Assembly: GCA_005799025.1 (NCBI GenBank)
Contig: SYHX01000073.1
Span: 1 to 56,807 of the forward strand
Direction: 5' to 3'
Origin: Bacteroidota bacterium
GTDB taxonomy: Bacteria > Bacteroidota > Bacteroidia > UBA7662
Length of the DNA: 56,807 nt
Position numbers and translations under genes: made by a program. Shown piece after piece: positions 49,287 to 56,807 of the stretch (within the stretch, counting starts at the first letter, position 1; the number at the start of each line of letters is the position of its first letter). The notes under the pieces are model-generated. The model saw nothing but the letters and a program-made list of their open reading frames with translations. It was not told the DNA's origin and ran no database searches.

Positions 49287-49799
49287 ATGAGCAATATTTT
49301 GTTACCAATCGTTTACCTTCTAATCAATTTGCTATTTGGCTTGACCTTGCTAATGTTCAGCCATAGAATTTTGAGCCGCGCACTCCATAATAAACTTGGC
49401 ATTCTTCCTCAAAGTCTGGTATTTAATATTCTTGCAGGAGCCGTTATGCTATCTCTTGCTTTGCTAATCAGTCAAGGCTCAGGCCCCATGATTTCCATGA
49501 TTCAACACTTCAGTCAACACCAGAATTCTGGCTGGATACTCCATTCCGCCGGATACCTGTTGGCCTTTTATTGCTTGAGTTGTGTTTTCGCATACCTCAC
49601 GATTGCAGGTAGTGTTCGGATTTTTCATCGACTCACCGGAGACCTTGATGAAAACAATGAACTCAGGCAAGGCAATGTTGGGGTTGCACTTTTGCTTGGA
49701 ATCCTAATTTTGAGTATCACGATGCTGATAAAAAGCCCGTTGGTTGCTTTGTTTGAAGCCCTTATTCCCTATCCTGATTTGTCTTATGGTGCCTTCTAG
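49287..49799 (+). CDS. DUF350 membrane protein
   Basis: Four hydrophobic segments; LT.DLDENNELRQGNVGVALLLG signature. Confidence 0.75.
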   Translation: MSNILLPIVYLLINLLFGLTLLMFSHRILSRALHNKLGILPQSLVFNILAGAVMLSLALLISQGSGPMISMIQHFSQHQNSGWILHSAGYLLAFYCLSCVFAYLTIAGSVRIFHRLTGDLDENNELRQGNVGVALLLGILILSITMLIKSPLVALFEALIPYPDLSYGAF

Positions 49800-49912
49800 G
49801 AATTCAAATTCTTGGATACTGGCATTCGCCAAAAGTGTAGTCATACCAATTTAAATTTGCTACATTGACTCATTGGTAACCGAATTTAACTTTAACAGTA
49901 AAAACGTATTTA

Positions 49913-50878
49913 ATGATTTCCAAACCGTGCTCTGTGATTCAATCGAATTGGCGATGCTCTCGGTTGTCCTTGGTTCTCTTGGCTGTAGCAGTTATAGGTT
50001 GGATGATGATCAATACCCCATCAGCTGCAGCTCAATGTGCGCATAATCCCACGGTTACCCCCAATAACCTGATTTTTTGTCCCGGTGGAGGATCAGATAC
50101 CTTGTGGACCCAAAGCTACCAGGTGTACCAATGGTACAAGGATGGGGTGATTCAGCCCGGAGATACGTTCCAGTACCGAAGAGTTACCCACCTCGATGCA
50201 GGATCCATGTTCTCGGTGGATGCTACCCTGAACGGGTGCACCGAAAGATCTCCCCACGTCCTGGTGGATGGTTGGGTTTTTTTGCTCCCGGTCGTAGCCA
50301 CAGATGGTCTTCGCTTTCCTCTTTGCATTGGGGATACCCTAAGGCTCCGTCTTTTACCACCCTACACGGTCAATATCCAATGGACCAACGGGGGCGTACC
50401 CATCCCTGGTGCCACCGACGATACCCTGATCGTCACCACGGATGGGGATTATTGCGTGAGCGGAGCACCCGAATTATGCCCTGCCTTCCTTCAGCAACTT
50501 GGGGTTATACTAACTTATCGATTTGTGCCCTGCGGGTCTTCTTCTGACCCTTGGGAATCAAATTCCGCCGTAAATAACCATTCAAACCGATTGTCCTTTG
50601 GAGCTTTCCCTAATCCTTCCGCTAAACCTTATCTCTTCCTCAAAGGCAATCCTGAATTCGAGGATGGTATTTTGAAAGTCTTCGACCTCAGAGGTCAGAA
50701 TATTTTGAGCCATCCCATAACCCATAAAGATCCCAATATTCCTTGGGTCCAAAACAATGAAAGTCAAACCCATGGAATTCAAGTCGAATTACCATTTGCC
50801 CACCATGCTGGGTTCTACACCTTAGTTTGGCAAAGCCGCAGCGGATATTGGATCACCAAATGGGTCATTTCCCCCTAA
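49913..50878 (+). CDS. T9SS-secreted protein with two Ig-like repeats
   Basis: Signal ending AAA-Q; YQWYKDG and IQWTNGG..IPGAT repeats; AFPNP...VFDLRGQ...GFYTL CTD. Confidence 0.75.
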   Translation: MISKPCSVIQSNWRCSRLSLVLLAVAVIGWMMINTPSAAAQCAHNPTVTPNNLIFCPGGGSDTLWTQSYQVYQWYKDGVIQPGDTFQYRRVTHLDAGSMFSVDATLNGCTERSPHVLVDGWVFLLPVVATDGLRFPLCIGDTLRLRLLPPYTVNIQWTNGGVPIPGATDDTLIVTTDGDYCVSGAPELCPAFLQQLGVILTYRFVPCGSSSDPWESNSAVNNHSNRLSFGAFPNPSAKPYLFLKGNPEFEDGILKVFDLRGQNILSHPITHKDPNIPWVQNNESQTHGIQVELPFAHHAGFYTLVWQSRSGYWITKWVISP

Positions 50879-50904
50879 CTAAAGCTATATCTAGGACACA
50901 ATAA

Positions 50905-53900
50905 ATGTTGCAACGTATAATTGACTTTTCTATACGTCAACCTCTTTGGGTCGCCTTGATGACAGTTGCCATGGTAATTACCGGGCTGTTTCAATTGCGT
51001 TATCTTCCTATTGATGCCGTTCCTGACATCACCAACAACCAGGTGCAAGTCATCGCCGTTTCCCCCTCACTGGGAGCAGTCGATGTGGAACGCCTTATCA
51101 CCCAGCCCCTTGAATTAGCGAATCGTAATATTCCGGGCCTAGAGGAGATTCGCAGCTTTTCGAGGATGGGATTATCGGTTATCACCTTGGTCTTTAAGGA
51201 TGATGTGGATATTTATTGGGCAAGACAACAAGTCGGCGAACGCTTGCAAGAAGCCTCCCAACAAATCCCCGAGGGCTTGGCCAATCCTTACCTCGCCCCA
51301 GTTACCACAGGTCTTGGGGAGATCTACCAATATATTCTTCGTCCAGCACCCGGCTTTGAAACCGTCCATGATCTCCGTTCCCTTAGGACCATGCAAGATT
51401 GGCTGGTACGAAGACAATTGATGAGCGTACCTGGTGTGGCCGATGTCAGCAGCTTCGGAGGCAAACTCAAACAAATTGAGGTGAGCCTGCGGCCTGGGGA
51501 TCTGCAGGCCATGGGGGTAAGCCTTAATGAAGTTTACGACGCCGTTCAATCCGCCAACCAAAATGCAGGTGGTGCCTATATCCATCAAGATGCCACCCAA
51601 TTGTCCATTCGATCCGAAGGAATGCTGCGATCGCCTGCCGATTTGGAACAAATTGTTATCAAAATCTCTCCGACGGGATTGCCCATTCTGCTCAAAGACC
51701 TTGCTGAAGTTCGACTGGGCCATGCAGTTCGTTATGGTGCCCTCACCTACAACGGGGATGGGGAAGTTGCCGGCGGTGTAGTCATGATGCTCAAAGGGCA
51801 GAATTCAGGTAAGGTAATTGCCGATGTCAAAGAAAAGATCGAAGCCATACGCTCCAACCTACCCCAAGGGGTCATCCTTGAGCCCTTTCTGGATCGAACC
51901 AAAATGGTCAACAGCGCCATCCAAACCGTGGGAGTCAACCTTGCCGAAGGAGCCCTCATTGTGGTTCTGGTCTTGGTATTCTTTTTGGGCAATTTGAGGG
52001 CTGGTCTTTTGGTGGCCTCGGTCATTCCCTTGGCCATGTTGTTTGCTGTAAGTATGATGAATTTCTTTGGTGTTAGCGGTAATCTCATGAGCTTGGGGGC
52101 TCTTGATTTTGGATTGATTGTGGATGGAGCAGTTATCGTTGTGGAGGCCGTGATGCATCGTCTTCATTCCGGGGCTTCCTTGCTGGCCGGCCGAAATCCT
52201 GCGGGTCCTGAAGCACGAACTCTGCTCCGAGAAGAAGTTCGGCGCTCTGCAGGGCGTATGATGGGTCCGGCCTTTTTTGGGCAACTCATAATCCTGATGG
52301 TGTATTTGCCCATTTTGAGCCTTCGCGGTATCGAAGGCAAGATGTTTATCCCCATGGCCCAAACCGTTTTGTTTGCCTTGCTTGGAGCTTTTCTGTTGAG
52401 CCTCACCTACATCCCCATGATGAGTAGTTTGGTTTTACGATGGAATGCCCAAGAATGGCAGGTCGGTAACCGCATCATGGCGTGGTTGACCAAGGTCCAA
52501 CAAAATGCCTTGGGGGCCTTCTTGTATCGCCCCGGGCCCTGGATGGCCGCTGTGTTGTGTCTTTTTGTCGGATCTCTTCTGTTGTTTGGAAGGTTGGGCG
52601 GTGAATTTATTCCAGACTTACCCGAAGGTGACTTTGCCGTAGAAACTAAATTGTTACCGGGATCCAACCTGGAAACATCTACCGAGGCAGTACGCCAAGC
52701 ATCAGGATTGCTCAAAGCCCGTTACCCGGAAGTCATCAAGGTTGTAGGCAAAATCGGTAGTGGAGAAATCCCCACAGACCCCATGCCCATGGAGGCCGCG
52801 GACCTGATGATTATTTTGAAGGATCCTTCGGAGTGGACCTCCGCCAAAAGTTGGGATGAACTTGCTACTAAAATGGGCCAAACACTGGAGGAAATCCCTG
52901 GAGTGGCCTTTGGTTTTCAATACCCTGTTGCAATGAGATTTAACGAACTCATGACCGGCGCCAAACAAGATGTCGTCGTCAAAATCTACGGCGAAAACCT
53001 GGACAGCCTGGCTCGGTATGGCAAACAAATGGGCGGGTTGATCAAAACCATACCAGGGGCTGAAGACGTATGGGTTGAACAAGTAGAAGGCTTGCCTCAG
53101 TTAATTGTTCGTTTGGATCGTTCCTCTTTGGCGCGATACGGCCTCAAAGTGACCGACGTGAACCGACAGGTCCAAACCGCCTATGCCGGCCTCAAAGCGG
53201 GCGAAATGTTGGAAGACGAAAAGCGTTTTGATATTGTCTTGCGTATGCCCGAAGAATTGCGGGAAAATCCCCATGCGGTACAGGAATTACCTATACATTG
53301 CCCCGATGGAACCGTACTGCCCTTACGTGAAATTGCGGAGGTTCGAACCGAAAACGGGGTCAATCAAATTCAACGTGATAATGCCAGGCGCAGATTGATG
53401 GTGGGATTCAATGTGCGCGATAGGGATGTGGAGAGCATTGTTACGGAATTGAAGCAACGCAGTCCTGCTCAAATGAACTTGGCCCCAGGCTATTTCCTCC
53501 ATTTTGGTGGAGCCTTCGAGAATTTGGAACAAGCCAAGGCAAGGCTAGCCTTGGCAGTACCCTTGGCATTGGCCATCATTCTTCTGCTTTTGTATATCGC
53601 TATGGGCTCCTTGGTCAAAATGGGTTTGGTCTTCATGACCGTTCCCTTATCCGCCATTGGGGGAGTTCTTTTGTTATGGATCAGGGACATCCCATTCAGC
53701 ATCAGTGCAGGAGTGGGTTTCATCGTTCTGTTTGGGGTTTCGGTTCTCAATGGGATTGTGCTAATCAAAGAATTCATGATCCTTCAAACGGAAGACACTC
53801 AAAAATCAATTCGCGATATTCTCCTTCAAGGAACGGCCAACCGTTTACGACCTGTCCTAATGACCGCCACCGTTGCCTCGCTTGGTTTCTTACCTATGGC

Positions 53901-54072
53901 TTTGAGCCAAGGCTCGGGGGCCGAGGTCCAAAGACCTCTAGCTACTGTGGTGATCGGCGGACTCCTTCTCGCGACCTTGATGACTCTTTTCGTGCTGCCC
54001 GCTTTGTTTCAACACCTTTATAGGACTCCTAAATTTGTTCATGAAAATCACAAGAAACTTCAAGATGCCTAA
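50905..54072 (+). CDS. CusA/CzcA family heavy-metal efflux RND transporter
   Basis: LPIDAVPDITNNQVQV, TTGLGEIY, NLMSLGALDFGLIVDG, RLRPVLMTA, EVQRPLATVVIGG. Confidence 0.95.
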   Translation: MLQRIIDFSIRQPLWVALMTVAMVITGLFQLRYLPIDAVPDITNNQVQVIAVSPSLGAVDVERLITQPLELANRNIPGLEEIRSFSRMGLSVITLVFKDDVDIYWARQQVGERLQEASQQIPEGLANPYLAPVTTGLGEIYQYILRPAPGFETVHDLRSLRTMQDWLVRRQLMSVPGVADVSSFGGKLKQIEVSLRPGDLQAMGVSLNEVYDAVQSANQNAGGAYIHQDATQLSIRSEGMLRSPADLEQIVIKISPTGLPILLKDLAEVRLGHAVRYGALTYNGDGEVAGGVVMMLKGQNSGKVIADVKEKIEAIRSNLPQGVILEPFLDRTKMVNSAIQTVGVNLAEGALIVVLVLVFFLGNLRAGLLVASVIPLAMLFAVSMMNFFGVSGNLMSLGALDFGLIVDGAVIVVEAVMHRLHSGASLLAGRNPAGPEARTLLREEVRRSAGRMMGPAFFGQLIILMVYLPILSLRGIEGKMFIPMAQTVLFALLGAFLLSLTYIPMMSSLVLRWNAQEWQVGNRIMAWLTKVQQNALGAFLYRPGPWMAAVLCLFVGSLLLFGRLGGEFIPDLPEGDFAVETKLLPGSNLETSTEAVRQASGLLKARYPEVIKVVGKIGSGEIPTDPMPMEAADLMIILKDPSEWTSAKSWDELATKMGQTLEEIPGVAFGFQYPVAMRFNELMTGAKQDVVVKIYGENLDSLARYGKQMGGLIKTIPGAEDVWVEQVEGLPQLIVRLDRSSLARYGLKVTDVNRQVQTAYAGLKAGEMLEDEKRFDIVLRMPEELRENPHAVQELPIHCPDGTVLPLREIAEVRTENGVNQIQRDNARRRLMVGFNVRDRDVESIVTELKQRSPAQMNLAPGYFLHFGGAFENLEQAKARLALAVPLALAIILLLLYIAMGSLVKMGLVFMTVPLSAIGGVLLLWIRDIPFSISAGVGFIVLFGVSVLNGIVLIKEFMILQTEDTQKSIRDILLQGTANRLRPVLMTATVASLGFLPMALSQGSGAEVQRPLATVVIGGLLLATLMTLFVLPALFQHLYRTPKFVHENHKKLQDA

Positions 54073-55351
54073 CTGTTCTCCAATATATCCAACATACCCA
54101 AGGGCTATTCTCGGAAAGAGAATGTTTCAGCTAACCCTGGCACTTCTTATTGGTCTTTTCTCAGCCTTTCACTCCTTTGCACAGCCCCAACAACAACGCG
54201 AGCTGACCTTGCAAGAAGCGTTGCAAAGAGCACAATCTACCTGGCAACCTCTGAAATCAGACAGCCTAAATACCATGGCTGCCCAGCGCGAAAGCAAAGC
54301 CCATCCCATGCTGGATCCTGCACAAGTCAATAGCGAATGGGGTCAAATTAACTCTGTCTATAGAGACCAGGGGCTGCAAATCAACCAAACCTTTCGGCTA
54401 CCAGGGTTCTATAAAGCCCAACGAAACCTTGCACAAACCAAGTTAGAAGGGGCGCGAATTGAACAAGCGCGTAGCCTCACCAACTTAGAGCGTGATCTAA
54501 TCAGCACATACTACACCTACCAGGTCCTGTATCAAAAAAGAATACTATTACAACACAATGATTCTGTAATTTCTGAAACCGTCAAGGTCTTAAAGCAGCG
54601 ATATCAACGCGGACAAATTAGCGGTTCTGATTTAAATCAAATTCTTTTGATTCAGGGAGAGTCCTCGATCAACATCCAAAAAGCCTCAAGGGAATTGGAG
54701 AATACCTTGCGCTGGTTTCAGTACCTAACCGCTAGCGAATTCATGCCTTGGGGTTTGGACTCTGTCCTTTGGACAGCAGGTCTTGGAATCATCCGCGAAC
54801 AGAACCCCTCGCCTGATTTGGATTTACTCGCAAACCTATCCAAAGAAGCCAAGGCCAATAGCCAACTGAGTCAACAATTGCGCAAACCAGGTTGGAGCAT
54901 TGGGTTACGCAACGTGAGCATCCAAGGTATGGGTCCCGACGGGGTGCTTTATCCCATGAGTCGGCGATTCAATACGTTCCAAGCTGGCCTTGTACTTCCG
55001 TTATGGGGTCGGCCCTTGCGGGAACAAGCCATCGCTGATCGTTTCAGATCCGAAGCCATGCACCTGAATCACAAGCACGGTATAGGACGTTGGAGTGTTC
55101 TTCAGCGAAATACCTTGCTTGAAGTAGCAGACCTCCAAAGCCAATGGTCTAAATTCAACACCATCTTGATTCCCCTCGCCGACGAACTTACCCAGCAAGC
55201 CAATACCCAATTGGCATCCGGCGAATTGGACTTAATTGAATGGACCCATAACCATCAACGTATTATGCAAACCAGAGAATCCTATCTTCAATTGGCGATG
55301 GATTTCAACAATGCCTTAATCCGGCTTCGATTTCCTACATTAATTCCTTAA
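54065..55351 (+). CDS. TolC-family outer membrane efflux protein
   Basis: Signal-like MFQLTLALL...SFA-Q, LTLQEAL, RYQRGQIS, LPLWG, SGELDLIEW; start 54065 or 54122. Confidence 0.85.
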   Translation: MPNCSPIYPTYPRAILGKRMFQLTLALLIGLFSAFHSFAQPQQQRELTLQEALQRAQSTWQPLKSDSLNTMAAQRESKAHPMLDPAQVNSEWGQINSVYRDQGLQINQTFRLPGFYKAQRNLAQTKLEGARIEQARSLTNLERDLISTYYTYQVLYQKRILLQHNDSVISETVKVLKQRYQRGQISGSDLNQILLIQGESSINIQKASRELENTLRWFQYLTASEFMPWGLDSVLWTAGLGIIREQNPSPDLDLLANLSKEAKANSQLSQQLRKPGWSIGLRNVSIQGMGPDGVLYPMSRRFNTFQAGLVLPLWGRPLREQAIADRFRSEAMHLNHKHGIGRWSVLQRNTLLEVADLQSQWSKFNTILIPLADELTQQANTQLASGELDLIEWTHNHQRIMQTRESYLQLAMDFNNALIRLRFPTLIP

Positions 55352-55365
55352 GCCTTTATCCGTCT

Positions 55366-56601
55366 ATGGCCTCTTTCCTTGTATTGTGTTCTTGTGGTCT
55401 GCGATTAGTTTCTTATCCTTTTTGTTGTATTCTGTTGTTGGGAATGTCGGCGGCATGCAGTTCCGACTCGAATCAACAGAACAACTCAGCTACACCTGCT
55501 AAGACGGCGAACCGCTCCCCATCGGAGTCCATGATTCTGAGCCTTACCCTAAGCGAGGAGCAAGCCTCCAACGCTGGCCTTGTTTTGGACAGCTTAAGGC
55601 GGATCCCCTTGAGCCGTGAAATCATACTCAGCGGGCAAATAGAAGCCCCACCCCAAAATCTTATTTCTGTCTCGATCCCTATGCCGGGTCTGCTGAGATC
55701 AACGCATTTGCTACCGGGGATGCGAGTCACCAAGGGTGAAATCCTGGCCTACATGGAGGATCCTGCCTTCATTCAAATGCAAGAACAATACTGGTCCGCG
55801 ACAATACTCTCCGAAAAATTAAGTACCGAAATCAGTGTGCAAGAAGAATTGTTATCATCGGGCGCCAGCAACCCCAAAACATTACGAGACCTGCGCAGTG
55901 AATTACGCACCGTCAATGTGCGGTCCAAGTCACTTGCCGAACAATTGCGTTTGTTAGGAATTGATTTGAAGCAAATGAGCGAACACAATTTGCTCCGCCA
56001 AATTCCTGTGCGTTCCCCGGTCAAAGGTTTTGTGACCAAAGTCCACCACAGCACGGGGCATTACGTAGGAGCCGGGGAAGCGTTGTACGAGCTTGTGGAT
56101 CCTTCGGATGTGCATTTGCGATTGAATGCTTACGAAAAAGACCTGCCATTTCTTTTTGAAAAACAAGAGGTGAAAGCGTTCAACAATCAAGCCCCGGAGG
56201 AGGAGCATACCGCACACATTTTGCTTATTGGCAAGGAATTTGCTGCTGATCGAAGCGTGGAAATTCATTGCCACTTTGACCGTTACGAAGCCCGCCTTCT
56301 TCCAGGGATGTATATGCGGGCCAAATTGATGGGCAAAGCCCAATCCGCTGCCTGCCTGCCTAGTGCGGCCTTGCAAAATTTTAGGGGGCAGCATTATGCC
56401 TTCGAGAAGGTATGGCCTCTGCAGCGCTCTGATAAAATCCACTTTCAGGGCCACAAAGTCAGGATTTTGCAGGAGAACGAAGGCATAACCTGGTTTGAGT
56501 TTGAAGATCAAGCGCAAAGCCAAAGTGGTAGCCGAACCTTTGCGGTGGCTGGCACCTACAACCTTTTGATGACGGCCTTCAACAAGGCTGAGGAAGAATA
56601 G
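55366..56601 (+). CDS. RND efflux periplasmic adaptor (CzcB-like)
   Basis: GQIEAPPQN, LLPGMRVTKG, VRSPVKG, YEKD, LLPGMYM; possible lipobox SAA-C. Confidence 0.92.
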   Translation: MASFLVLCSCGLRLVSYPFCCILLLGMSAACSSDSNQQNNSATPAKTANRSPSESMILSLTLSEEQASNAGLVLDSLRRIPLSREIILSGQIEAPPQNLISVSIPMPGLLRSTHLLPGMRVTKGEILAYMEDPAFIQMQEQYWSATILSEKLSTEISVQEELLSSGASNPKTLRDLRSELRTVNVRSKSLAEQLRLLGIDLKQMSEHNLLRQIPVRSPVKGFVTKVHHSTGHYVGAGEALYELVDPSDVHLRLNAYEKDLPFLFEKQEVKAFNNQAPEEEHTAHILLIGKEFAADRSVEIHCHFDRYEARLLPGMYMRAKLMGKAQSAACLPSAALQNFRGQHYAFEKVWPLQRSDKIHFQGHKVRILQENEGITWFEFEDQAQSQSGSRTFAVAGTYNLLMTAFNKAEEE

Positions 56602-56613
56602 AGACCGTGAGGG

Positions 56614-56689
56614 TGGTGATCCCGACTGGGGTCGAACCAGTAACCTACTGCTTAGAAGGCAGTTGCTCTATCCATTGAGCTACGGGACC
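56614..56689 (-). tRNA. tRNA-Arg (TCT)
   Basis: GGTCCCG...ACTGC-CTTCTAA-GCAGT...GGTTCGACCCC...CGGGATCA-CCA (CCA encoded); TATCTTTG box at 56743-56750. Confidence 0.96.
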
Positions 56690-56807
56690 TGCATAATCGG
56701 TAGGATGGCCATGACCTTGATCCATCTACTTTGAGGCGCGGGCAAAGATAATCGGAGCAGGAGGGTTATTTTTGTCCTTAACAGTCGCTAATCGGCTTTA
56801 TCCAAAC

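Noticed and set aside
875-56523. Numerous 60-190 aa ORFs overlapping identified genes
   Set aside because: Antisense or alternate-frame shadows of well-supported CDSs with no recognisable motifs.
47400-56613. Genomic island integrated at tRNA-Arg carrying the efflux operon
   Set aside because: No duplicated tRNA end, no integrase, and composition looks like the host.
1-56807. CRISPR array, IS/transposase, integrase, prophage, rRNA
   Set aside because: No regularly spaced repeats or recognisable motifs for these were seen by eye.

Overview
Mostly housekeeping chromosome from a Bacteroidota bacterium. The assignment rests on many TAnnTTTG -7 promoter boxes, T9SS C-terminal domains, signal peptides cleaving before Gln, and a fused branched-chain E1 alpha/beta. 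The window holds rpsO, accD, class I aldolase, ComEC, a sufBCDS operon ending in a SufE-SufT(DUF59) fusion, polyprenyl synthase, RNase R, a clpC-glmU-like-tpiA-prmA-clpS block, three tRNAs (Pro-TGG, Ser-GCT, Arg-TCT) and a CzcA/TolC/adaptor efflux operon. The accessory content that stands out: (i) an AT-rich four-gene operon of exported uncharacterised proteins (DUF6175-type cluster, 11963-15856) that may build an envelope complex; (ii) a lipoprotein plus ~1660-aa T9SS lipase/beta-helix pair; (iii) a T9SS protein made of nuclease-type OB repeats with no visible nuclease domain; (iv) a DUF1566 lipoprotein whose C-terminus looks like a DGR variable repeat, with no RT or template in the window; (v) a frameshifted PID-CTERM-like gene relic missing from the ORF track. 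No CRISPR array, transposase, integrase or rRNA was seen. All family names come from motif recognition by eye, not database searches.
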